Notes under the pieces: generated by a model
Told to the model about the DNA's origin: nothing
The model's input: the letters and a program-made list of their open reading frames with translations, nothing else
Database searches by the model: none
Shown: one piece after another, positions 33,283-45,601 of the stretch
Layout of the letters: every line of letters begins with the position of its first letter
Numbering within the stretch: the stretch's first letter is position 1
NCBI GenBank assembly: GCA_002269645.1
Contig: NIVC01000486.1
Location: 62,001 to 126,000 of the forward strand
From: Macrostomum lignano
Lineage: Eukaryota
Direction: 5' to 3'
Length of the DNA stretch: 64,000 nt
Position numbers and translations under genes: made by a program

Positions 33283-35302
33283 TCAATTAAATAACATCTT
33301 AGACAAGCTGGCGGCAAAGTCGGCGCTCGGATCCATCGACGAACTCTCGTCTTCGAAACCCGTGACGTCATCCCATTCGACCACCCTGAAACGGTTGCCT
33401 CCCTCCTCGGCGAACTTGGTCAGAGCGTCGCGGAACTCGGCCAGATGAGCTCGCACATCGCCAGTCCTGATGCCGCCGACTCTGCATTCTGCCTGCTTCC
33501 GGATGCCGAGTACACAGGTGGGAATTTCGAACGCGATTCTCCTCGATCGCCAGTCGTGCACTCGGAACGAGTAGCGCCTGCCGCTGGCCGCTCGGAACTC
33601 GTGCACACTCGACTGAGCTCCGAGCTCCGCGAGCTGGCTCCGCAACTTGGACTCGTCCGGGTAGCGACCGCTCTTCGGGATCACGAACGTGTACGGCAGG
33701 TCGAACGGGATTGGCTCTGCAGAGCTGGACAGCTGCTGCATGTCTGAAATGAGCACAGATGCTCAGTTAGACCAGCAGCTATCACCTAGCTAATAGCAGA
33801 CGTCATATCCGTCTTAAATAAGTCGCTACTTACAATCACTGAGGGGCTGCGCGAATCCGATCCACGTGTTTGCCGCCATCGCGAACGCCATCGACATCAG
33901 GGGAAGCTCGTCTCTGACCGACTCTGCGCTTGACTGCTGAGCAGCTCTCGATACGAAACTCCACCCGTCTATTAATAGGAAATCCTCAACTGCAGCAAGC
34001 ATTTGCCACCTCAAAGAGTCACCGTCCTCCGCGATGTCGATCACCTGAAGCACGCTTGGCTCCGACTCTGCTACCTCCTCCGAGCTGGTGTCGCTAAGCT
34101 CTCTCAGAATCGAGTTCGCTCTCGGGTGGCTCTGGATGAAGCGCAACTCGTCTCTAAACTGCTGGAACATTGCCGTCTTGTCCTGATCGGCCATCCTGAG
34201 CTTCTGCATGACGAACATGGGTGCAGCGTAGCCGCAGAAGACCACTGCGTGCGAGTAGGTCGACTGGTCCTTCGTGAGCGGCTTCTCCAGCTGCAGCAGG
34301 TACGCCGTTACTCGCTTCTTGTAGCCGGGACTGTCGAACTCGAGACACAACTCAGTCGATGCGGTGCTCACCTTGCTGCATCCAGGAAACAGCATCTGTG
34401 GACACACACAGGATACCGGCTGGTTCTGGCTGCTCACGGCGCGCTCGTCCAGCAGCAGGAAGTACTTGGGAACGACTAGGATATTGCTGGGGTTGACATC
34501 GGTGAGTCCGAAGTTTGTGAGCACTTGTTCTCGGATGAGGCCTTGAGCATCGAGCAGTGACGAGAAAATCTGGCGTCGCATGTTGGGCAGCACGTAGCTG
34601 AGGAACCCGGCGGCCAGTTGCCATGCGAAGCTCTCGCCTGGGCTGCTAAACGAGTTGTCTGAAAAGGTGCGCATTGTGAAGGGTTTTTCGTTAGTTTGTA
34701 TTTACACATACTGTACAGAAGTAATGTATGGTTATGTTTTTAAACTTTGACCTACCATTGTGATTTGATCTCAGATTTTCTTCGAATTTTTCCATGGATA
34801 ACGCTTGAAGATCGTAGGACCAGAAGACATCGCTGCGGTTCTTTCGATGCGTTTCGGTATCGTTGTGATTGTCATTGTTTTTCACTAGATGGAGAACTTT
34901 CCTTCTTTTGTTGAGGCACTGGAAAATAAATAAAATTCCTAGTTAATCCATGTGGTTGTTTGATATTCTATGTCCATATAATGAAACAGAAATGTCAATT
35001 TGGCATACCAAATCTACGGCTAGTGACCATAGTAACCGTATTCGATGTGTTTTCATCTCAGGCTTTTGATTTTCTACTATCACAATTGCATCGGAGACTT
35101 CTATTTGCTTCTTAAGTTCCAAAGTGTCTTTCACATCAGAAACAACATCTACTTGGCCAAGTATACGCTTGAAGAGTCTTAGCAGACAGTCGCGTTCAAC
35201 AATTCCTTGCGCGAGGGCTCCGATGATAATTACCAAAATCATCGTCTGAAAGGTGAAGAAGCAAAAGTTGAAATCAGTACGAAAACTTTCAGTACTTTCC
35301 AA
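33283..35302 (-). CDS. Multi-exon TIR-like/STING-like gene (exons about 34943-35300, 33834-34658, 33283-33743)
   Basis: STING-like domain 1 (FAWQLAAGFLSYVLP...). Partial domain 2 LPYTFVIP...GRRYSFRV...AFEIPTC...GG...AEFRDAL...FRVVEW matches the STING C-terminal half. Canonical AG/GT sites. Confidence 0.7.
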
Positions 35303-37663
35303 GCCGTAGAAGATTAACTAATTTAGATTTTATTTATTCAGAGCAGCCAAATCAAAATTTTCTGCGTCGACTGGTATGAATAGCCGAGTTGCATTTTTTG
35401 CATGTCTCGTAATAAAGCAAATTATACTAATTATACGGATTCCGGATTAAGCGTATTCCATTTCACGTTCCATTCATAAGAGTTCGACTTCCTAACTCAT
35501 CCACACGTGGGTCATTCTGAGCAAATTTTAAGTGCTAAGCAAATTAGTTAGCTACCGATCTACCAGTGTAGGAAACCAGTGTGTATTTGCACTGATGAAA
35601 AGGCTTTTGGGATGGACGTTCGACATTTACCGATGTTTCTAGCTGCTGGCTTCAATTCTGTTCAGGTCAATGGACTTCAAGTAAGACTAGAGCCGAGACA
35701 AGAGTACTGTTTGAAGATAAATGCAAAGGCTTTTGGTTGGAAATTTGTGCTTATTGAAGCTAAGCCTATAAAGTGCGGCACTTTCTGCTCTAGACCAAAA
35801 CGGCATTTAATCCAACACTTTTTTCTAGAATTTTAAGTATTCTATTTACCTATCATTTCAAGCGATGAGTTGAAGTTGGAGCCAGTCGAAAAATAATTGT
35901 CCCTTAATAGTGTCAAATGGCACATGAAGAACAGACAGAAAGAAATGGAAACAAATTGTCGATATCGATATGTAACAAATCGCAAATCCACTTGTTCTGT
36001 TTGGCACAGTAATATGCTGATTAGCATAATATAGTGTCATAACTGTGCTAACTGCAGAAAGGACAGTTGCGGACAATTCTAAATGTGTCAATTAGCACGT
36101 TTTTGGCACAGTTGGCAGAGTTGCAGATTTTGCTAGGACAACTATTTTCCGCCGGGAGTGTATTAAACTTGTTTCATGCGCTCATATAGTGCTACTTAGA
36201 TAAGTAGTTTGTCACGATTCTCACCAAAGTAATGGCGCATATGTATTCAGGAGAATTGGTAAACGTGTCAGTCCTTAAACGATTTCTTTGGTAAAAAATA
36301 CGAGTCTCAGCTGGGCGCACAGTTAACGAGCCACAAGCTTAACAACTATGGTTGAGAATTCACTGAAACCTCAGTAAGAAAATTGTGAGATCTAGAAATT
36401 TTGGCAAGCTAATTCTACGTCTTATTTTACAGTCGCATCTGCAGCATTCACTGTATATATCCCCACAGTCCAACCACAAAATTTACTCAATTGAAAAGCT
36501 TTAATCTTTTCTCTTCAATGCACTTACCAGTAAACGATTTTAGGTTGATTCCCAAGACTTTCGAAATCTCTCGATTTAGGCTTTTCTCGTTGAATGCTGG
36601 TAATTTGAAATCGCAGCAAGTTGACGATAGAGGAGTAGGAAAACGAATCTCAGAAGCTTAGGGCTTCAAAGTATAAGGAAAGACAACAGAGAAATCCGCT
36701 GACAATCCACGGCATTTCCACGGGTGTTCAGGGGTGAAGCCGCGGCAAGAGTGCATTCAGTGCGAAGCATTACTTGTTTGCGACGCATCATGGCTATTTT
36801 TAGAAATCATGCGACTCAGGCCACTGGAATGGAATGCCCACGGAAAAACCGTCCTGTCTGAACATGGAACTAAATACAGCAAATTCATAACTTCAACATT
36901 CTACTTATATAAGCTTACAAGCGGAATTTTGTTTTCTTTTTGTTTTTAATAATCGTCGATTACTCAAACAAAGGCCTCAAAATTGTTTTATACTTGTAAA
37001 TAATTATTTAGACTCACTGTTACTACTTCAAACAGCGGATGCTGAACGATTTTAACCATAAATGAAATACTGATTAGGCAGGGCTTAGCCAGAGGGAGCA
37101 AAGGGTGGCGGCTAAAAAATTACGAGTATACACGTTATTGGCGCTCCGTTGTACTCAAATAAAACGGCATCCCCAAAAATAGCGCCACGATGCGCAAATA
37201 ACAAAATAAAAGCTAATTTTCAACTGTTTCATCTAAAAATATTCAACTATTATACCGAATTATCGATATATTTTATGAAAACATCAAAACTTTGCTATGG
37301 AAAAAAGAACCTACTATAAAATGACAACAAAGCGATTGAAATAGCCGAACAGGCCAATACATACTGACGAGCGAAATTGGCGAAAATAGAATTATAAACC
37401 GGGCCGATACAATATGTATTTTATTCACATCAGCAAACTATAGGCTAAGTTTTTGTCTTTATAAAGAGACATTTTACCAGTCTAATTATAATTCAATTTC
37501 TGAGCAGGTAATAAGAAACAAATTGTGATAAATATGAGGAAAATAAGAGTACAGACTAATGCATGCAAGCAAGTTTAAGAAACCTATACTGAAAAAACAA
37601 ACGGTGTTAATTTGTGTAGTAACCTAATCGTAGTTTGATTTAAAGAACTTTCTTGATTCGTCA

Positions 37664-38170
37664 TCAGCGAAGACCCTCTCGCGCGCGTCCGACGGCGCCA
37701 AGTGTCGACAGAAATTTTTCGTCAGGCCAGTCCAGAACCCGAAGAAGTTCAGCCAGCATGGTCTTGAATGCCATGATGTACTCGTAAAGGTTCTGCTTCA
37801 GTCTCGTCCGACACACGCCTCCGACGCCGCTCTTGGCTTGCCCGGGAAGGTTCAGCACGCACGGCGGCACATCAAAGGCCACTCTTAGCTCTCCGCGCGA
37901 GTTTGACTTTGATGTGCAAAAACAGAAACTGTAATAGCTGTTCTCGTTTTCTTCAAACTGACTCGAAGCTCACTTGGACTGGTACAAAAAAATGATCGAA
38001 CGTGAGCGTAACGATGTTGTTTTGACACCAGCACATTGTCCTGATAATTTGAAACGGATTCGCTGCCAAGAAACGACAATGAGGCCGACTCTGCTGGCGC
38101 TGGACTGCTTGCTGTCTGAAAGTCCGGTACGTAGATCGAACTTGAATTTTAGATTTCTGCGAGTTCTGGA
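37664..38170 (-). pseudogene. Further paralogous STING-like C-terminal exon, possibly degenerate
   Basis: SKSNSRGELRVAFDVPPCVLNLPGQAKSGVGGVCRTRLKQNL is close to the paralog at 41990-42489. Confidence 0.55.
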
Positions 38171-39469
38171 TAGATTTGGACTAGCCACTTGCCCACCCCC
38201 TCTGGGGGGTAAAAGGACACCCAAAAGATTAAGACTCAACCCCCCACTCTGAAAGTTTCTTTACCGTTGTAGAAAATTAATTCATCTTACAGTTATCATG
38301 CATCAAGACATGCAGCAATACCTTTGGAATTTCGTCGCAATGCCTTATCAATTTGTTGCAGATTATTAGACCATCGAAATTTAGATCAAAAGCAGACTGG
38401 TTCGCAGGTCAGCAACACGGACCTGCAGGCTTCCAGATGGCTCCATGCTTCAGCGTCAACCGCTTGAGAAATCCTGAACCATTGGTCAGCATGAATGTTT
38501 TATGATGCTATTTTACTTTTAAGAGAGGCAAAATTACAAAACCCGATCATTTACTTTCGTAGCGCTATGGGATTATAAACATTACAAAAGCTAAATTTGA
38601 ATTATTTATATTTTATCACCGTCTGCACCTTCAAACTGCAAGTTAAGCACTCCATAGTCGTTTGTCTGATAACTGACTCGCCAATTTTTCTGACTAGAAA
38701 CTGAAAGTCGGGCTTCAATAACTTTTTCTACTTGTAAATAAGCCTTGAACAAGAGACGTTCGATTTGCAACTGATCTATAGAAGTCCGAAATGAGAAGAG
38801 GTGATCTGTTTTATGCTAGAATCAGCAAACTTTTAGACGCTAACACATTCGCTTGATTTGTTAGCTCAAACTGATTTAACTTAACATGCAGCCCAGATGC
38901 ACATACCTGACTCGACATGCTTTACGACGAAGATGTTAAAGCGACAGGGCGATCAGACATTGCTTTTTTTGAAAGCGGGTATTGCAAAATAAGTTGCCGA
39001 ATAGGAAACTCGAAAGCAGAAATTCAAACCTGCATAGTTCAGTAAATTGCTCTCTATCGCAGCAAAATTTGTGGCAAAAGCGCAGAGAAATACGCTGAAT
39101 CTCCGCGGCAGTTCCACGGATGCGCCCTGGACTACCCCAGTCGAGTGGCGAAGTCACAAATGGAATTATTTTTAGCTATTACTTGTACATAAGTTGAGAA
39201 TTATTTGCAATTTGATAAAAGAAAACTAAACCCGAATCATAGGTTCCGCTTAATGGAATCAAATAAGTATGCCGCTAATAAACAAGAAATTTTGATCACT
39301 CTAGATTTCTAGAAATAACCGAAGATGCATTGTTATGTGAACTCTTAAAATGAATCATCAAATGATTTCTTCGACGCACTACAAGTATTTAATCAATAGA
39401 ATATTATAGAATTTTTTCTATCTAAGAGCATATATTTTTCTAATATGTCTTACGCAAGCCAGGAGCGAA

Positions 39470-39870
39470 GACTATGGAGAGTGTTGTCTAGGGCAGCGGA
39501 GACTATGGAGAGTGTTGTCTATGGCAGCGGAGACTATGGAGAGTGTTGTCTAGGGCAGCGGAGACTATGGAGAGTGTTGTCTATGGCAGCGGAGACTATG
39601 GAGAGTGTTGTCTATGGCAGCGGAGACTATGGAGAGTGTTGTCTAGGGCAGCGGAGACTATGGAGAGTGTTGTCTATGGCAGCGGAGACTATGGAGAGTG
39701 CTGTCTATGGCAGCGGAGACTATGGAGAGTCTGTCTATGGCAGCGGAGACTATGGAGAGTCTGTCTATGGCAGCGGAGACTATGGAGAGTCTGTCTATGG
39801 CAGCGGAGACTATGGAGAGTCTGTCTATGGCAGCGGAGACTATGGAGAGTGCTGTCTATGGCAGCGGAGA
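39470..39870. repeat. 30/31-bp minisatellite (GGCAGCGGAGACTATGGAGAGT...)
   Basis: Tandem units visible directly. Confidence 0.95.
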
Positions 39871-41099
39871 ATACTTACTGAGATTCCCCGCTAGCAAAAC
39901 ACTAGTGGGATAAATTCAGTTCTGTTGTGTTTATATCTCAAAATAAAAAATTGAAGTGATTTGGAAGAATTGTCTAACCACCAATGCAAAACAAATTTTT
40001 GGCAAAGCCTGTGACTAAAATATCTAATACAAAAACAAATTAGATGCCCCTTATAAACGATTTTTCATCACTTCATGGTCTTGGAACAAGTTTTCATTTA
40101 AAAAGTCTGTTCCAACTACTCAAACATTCTTGATGCGATCAAATTTCCCAGAGAAAAAAGTATTAAGCAAGAAGGACCCTTTATGGCAATATAGTTCGAA
40201 TGGTTAAAATAAAACATTTCAACGCTTTTGCATAGCAATTTGCTTTTGCATTTTCAAAGGTGCCTAGAATGGCTCGTAGACACTAATAGACCCCTGGCAA
40301 TGCAGTAAGCAACCAGACAAACTAAAGCTGGCTGTAAACTAAGAAAATAGCGCCGTTCCAAGGCTTGTGTCAGTTTTTATCAACTTTCATAAATTAATAA
40401 ATTGTGCAAGTAAGCAAACACATACTAGGGCCGGGGCATTTTAGTCACTATCGGCAGGCGTATGCATTGCACAAAACAGATGAGTGCTCGGTGCAGTGCA
40501 GCACAGCAACAAGCTACTCGTACCTGCGGTCGCATTTTGAGCCGGCAGCCTGCTTTTTCTACTCTTCGAAGCAGAAAGAGACAAACTGTAGCTGCACTAG
40601 GTAGCTAGATAAGAACCGCCTGGTTACTAAGCTAAAGTAAAAAAAAATTTCAAGATTGTCCAAATAATAGACTAATTTTTATGAATAAAAAATGAGTAGA
40701 TTACTGAATTTTATTAATTGGACTGAATCCAATTTAGAATCACGTCGTAATTATGATTTCTGGCATAGCACGCAGAACTTGATTTTAAACATCACATGCC
40801 TACGACTTATTAATGGCGCAGAGAATTATTAATGAATTACAGCATGTCTATCACCTCACAGAGGATTAGGCAGCAAGACATTGGTTATGCATGACAATAT
40901 CAAAACATAAAATGAAGTGTTAAAGTTAACGATGTCTGCTAGATGTTAGGTTCAAATCATGCCTGCTGAATGGACATTTTTCTAGATAAATAATTATTGT
41001 AAACCTTTTAAACGATTATTGGAATAACACAGTTAGAACAGGGGTCTGCAATTTTTTCTACCTCAAGGCCAGATAAAGAATCAAGCTCATGGCTGCGGA

Positions 41100-41310
41100 C
41101 CAGGTGAGAGAGGAAAGGAGAGGGAATAGAAATGAGAGATAAGAGGGGAGAGGAGGGGCGAGAGATGCGGGGAGAGAGGGAAGGGAAGAGAGGAGGGAGA
41201 GAGGAGAGGGGAGAAAGACGGAGAGAAGAGGTCAGAGAGAAGAGATGGAAGAGGAGAGAGGGGAGGGGAGAGAGGAGACAAGAGGAGAGGAAGAGAAGAG
41301 AGAGCTGAAA
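41100..41310. repeat. GA-rich low-complexity purine tract
   Basis: Degenerate (GA)n. Confidence 0.9.
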
Positions 41311-41989
41311 AGACACAAACCTTGAGCGGGCCGGATTGCTATTTGTGAAGTTTCAGAGGAACCGAGGGCCGGATAGAGAGGCTTCGCGGGTCGGAGTTTG
41401 CCGACCCCCGACTTAGAACGAAACAATGAAAGGTTTCGACTAAAAATTAACCAAGAAAAGCAGAAGCTTACGTTAACAAACTGAAGGAAAATACTGCTAG
41501 CAGATAATTTAAAAAATCTAACAATTAATTAAACTGACTAAAGAAAACCGCTTTACCATTTTTCCTACTAATTACTGACAAAAATGATCATCACGCATAT
41601 TGTATGTGGAAATTTAGTGGCAAGTATACATAAGGAAATTAGCGCTCATTTGGATGGTTAATGAATTTTTAATGAAACAAACTAAAAAAAATTTCGACTT
41701 CTGGCAAACTGAATACAAGACTGCAACAGACATGGTCGATAATTACAAGTTAGGTGAGGAATTAGAAAAAGGCACAGCACAAAATCACAGCTACTGTTTA
41801 ATCCAGAGTTAAAAGTAGCTTTGACATAATTAGCATCTAATACTATTGTAAATAATAATGAATCCGATCATGTATCGACGCGTGCAGGACTGTTCGTCAG
41901 ATGGGTCTCAAGGAAATGGTGAAAATCTTTTTGGCAGATAAGGAAACCCGCTCCTTAAACAGCAGTCGTACTTGGAGTGGGCTAGCATT

Positions 41990-44900
41990 TTACTCCAAGC
42001 GAAGATTTGCCACATCAGCATGCTCAGCTTCGACATCAGCGAATACGAAGTCCCGCAGGCTCTCTGTGTACTCGCGCGTCGGATGGCGCCAAGTTTCGGG
42101 AGGAAATTTGTCGTCAGGCCAGTCCAGCACTTGAACGTATTTCTGCCATTCCATGCACTCCAGCATGGTTTTGAATGCCATGATGTACTCGTCAAGGTTC
42201 TGCTTCAGTCTCGTCCGACGCACGCCTCCGAAGCCGCTCTTGGCTTGCTTGCGAAGGTTCAGCACGCACGGCGGCACCTCAAAGGCCACGCTTAGCTCTC
42301 GCGAGTTTGACTTCCAAGTGTACAAGCAGAACCGATAGTTTCTGCCCTCGCTTTGAAACGTGTCTTTCTTAAAAGTGACTCCCAGCTTACTGAGCTGCTC
42401 TTGCAGTTCGGAATACTCAGGATACCGCGCACTGCGTGGTACAACGTACTTGTAAGGCAGCTTGAACGGCAGTCTGCCGGCTTGTTCACCTGGGTAAAGA
42501 TTCAGGCGATTTTGTTAAAATAAATCATTTTCACGCACCCACTAGCGGTGTACATGATACTGTAGTACCGTAGCTGTAAATATGCAACTGCTGCCGACAA
42601 ACTAAGACTTACATACAACCAAATGATGAACAAATCCAAAACAAGAGTTTGCAGCCATTGAATAAGCCATGGACATCAGAGGAAGGTTTTCATCGACCTT
42701 GATAGTAGGATTTCTAAGATCTAAAATTTTCAATTGTAAACAGTAAAAATATGACCAAATAAAACTTTTGACTAAGATTCACTAATTCCTAGAGAAACTT
42801 AAACGTACTTAAAACGAACTTACTTAGACGTTGAACTAGTTCGTGGAATGAACAATTCTTTGATTCTCCCTCAGAGAAAGCAAACTGAATATTGTCTAAT
42901 CTGTCGTTTGCTAGACTCAGGATGGACACAACATTATTCTCAGGAAGAATTTGTAATGAAGACGGTAGGACGCTGTAGATGTCTCTATTGATATCCGGAG
43001 TGATGACAACGACAACCAGATTATACTCTTGACGCATGTGAATCTGAAATTTACCAATTACTTTGATATGATATAACGATGTAACATTACCAGTCAACGA
43101 AAAGAAAACTTACGTAAGTTACAGCTGATGTTATGTCCCGAAGCAGGTCATTGTGCTCACTATCTGTGTAGGCACAGCTGCTGTACTCACTGTTGAAATC
43201 CTCCAAGTCTTTAAGAGATGCAAACAGAACCATTCGCCGGCATTTGACGAGAACTTCGGCAAAGGTATTATTTAACAGCCGAAAATTTTCTACACGAAAG
43301 CCTTCCTTCTCGAGCCTATCAACGACAGCATCGTGAAGCTCTTCGACTGACTTTGAAAACTTGACAACTAAAACATCACTATCAACTTGATGATGATCAT
43401 CAATCGATCGGATAGGTTCATTGCGGCGATCATTTAAAATTTCCTCCTTGATGCGGGAGAGAAAGAGTTGACGCCAGTTATCGTCGGACTCCCCCTTCTT
43501 ACGCTCAACAATGCAAGCTGCTTTGTCGAAATTCGCAGAGTTGTCAGACTGGACGTCTACAGAACCGAATTTTGCAAGCAGCTCGTTTGCTTTGGGGTGG
43601 TTCAAAATGAACTGCAACTCTTCCTTGAAGAGCTTGTAGGCATTATGCAGCATTTCTTCTGAAACATCTAAATCTTTGATTCCTCGAAGCTCGCGAATGA
43701 CAGTGACTGGAGGAGCGAAGCCTCCTAAGATTATTGCGTGGCTGTAGCGCTCAGACTGAGAAATATTCAATTCCTCGACGAATTTGACAAGATAGAGAGG
43801 AATTGTTTTGGAATAACCTGGACTTTCAAACTCTAATGTTAAAAAAGTAGGTTGCGCACAATTTTGCGGTGCACACAATTCCTCATTGTCTGCAGGACCA
43901 GGATTCGAAGTCATTACTGGTTCACTCAGTGTGCGTTGAATCTTGCAACATGTAGCATTAGGACATTTAGCAAAAAGCTCCAACGGGTTTGGATTCACGT
44001 GACTGTCACTGTCGATGTCGTCCTCTTTCAGCAGCACAAAGTACTTCTTCAAAACAAATATTTTTTTTGGATCAATGCTGCTAAGACCACATTGATCGAG
44101 CAATTCTGCTCTTAAGAGGCTACTCTCATTAGTTACTTGGTCTTTCAAAACCGTGCCGATATTAGGCAAAATGTATGCCAAGAAACCTGTGGCATACTGC
44201 CAAGCAAGACCGTTTCCAAGGCTCCCAAATACCATACTTTTGCTTACTTCTACAGCTACCTCTTCAGTCAGCCACGCTTGGACAGATTCTTGAATTTTGC
44301 CAAAATTGCAGGGCCCAACTGCACGGACAAAGTTCTGAATGCGGTGGTTTTTAAGCACGGTGTCTCCGTCAGATCCATCAGAGGAAGCGTACATCTTGAC
44401 GATGTACATGACTGGCTCTCTCAGAGCAATCATCCTGTCAAAAGCCATCTGGTACAGATGACCGCGAGCGTGGCTCGAGATTTCTCCTGGCGGCTTGAAG
44501 TACACAACGATCACTTTGTCACACTCAGCCATGTTGTCAGAAATGGCATTCCATTCAAAGCAATTTGGATCTCGTTGGCGCAAACGAAATCCCGAGTGCA
44601 GAAGGAAGTTGATAAGCGAATCGAAACCATCCATCTGTTTGCTGCTGGCTGCTGAATCGCCAACAGGTAGCGCAAAGATAATGTCTGAAATAAAAACAAA
44701 AATTACTGAAATATTGCTGCTTACAATACAATATGGCATACAGTATCTGAGACTTAATTACATGTAAATCCTATCTACCTTTTTTTAGCCATATTTGCAA
44801 CTCGGCTTCCATGTTCTCAGCTGATATTCTTCTGACATCTTCGCGTTTTCTGACTTTTTCTAGCAGCTTTTCTGCCGCAAGATTTTCCGCTTCGACAATG

Positions 44901-45255
44901 AGGACACACTTGTTGCAGTCTTTGGCTCGCTGGAATGCGCAATAATAACACGGGATACTAGTGTGGGCCTGAATAATGTTGAGAGTACTCCCAGAAACAC
45001 TCGAGAATCAAAACCAATTACCTCGAGAAGACGCTCAACATTGCCGATAAATTTGTAAGACCATCCTTTCGACACAACCAGAATGAGTCGATCAGAGTTC
45101 TCGACATCATTAAGTGTTTGAGTCTCAACGACATGGCAGGATTCGGAATCAAGAACAGCCTGAATTCTCTGCCTGATGTCGCTTGGATCGCAGACGAGCA
45201 CAACCGACTGACTGCGGGTTGGCTGAAGGCTTGCTGCTGCCTCTTCTGCGTCAGC
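41990..45255 (-). CDS. Multi-exon gene: several TIR-like domains, a STING-like domain and a second partial STING-like domain
   Basis: Exons about 44779-45255 (small internal intron), 43114-44684, 42824-43043 and 41990-42489. GNGLAWQYATGFLAYILP, GYSKTIPLY, FAPPVTVI and AYKLFKEELQFIL match the STING CTD. TIR-like segments: ISDNMAECDKVIVVY, LEKEGFRV...KCRRMVLFAS. Confidence 0.75.
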
Positions 45256-45601
45256 CTGGAAGTGAGAGCTAAGATATTAGACAACAATATATTAAAGAAT
45301 AGTAAAATAATATACAATAATTTACTAATCAAAACAAAATGACATCAGAACAACATGCAGTATTTTCCGCTGCTAATTTCTTAACACGGCCGATAGCTAC
45401 GAGAAATTTATAAATTAATAACACGAAAAGCAGCTACTAAAGCAACGTAAACGTGTTGCTTTGTTATCAGTATGCATTTATTAATAACATTCGGGGCCAA
45501 GTGACAACAAAATGCACATGTCAAATGAACTCTACTAATTCATCCGACTCAATTTAATTCTAATAAAGTTGCTAAATTGGTGGTGGCTTGAAGTTCGACA
45601 A

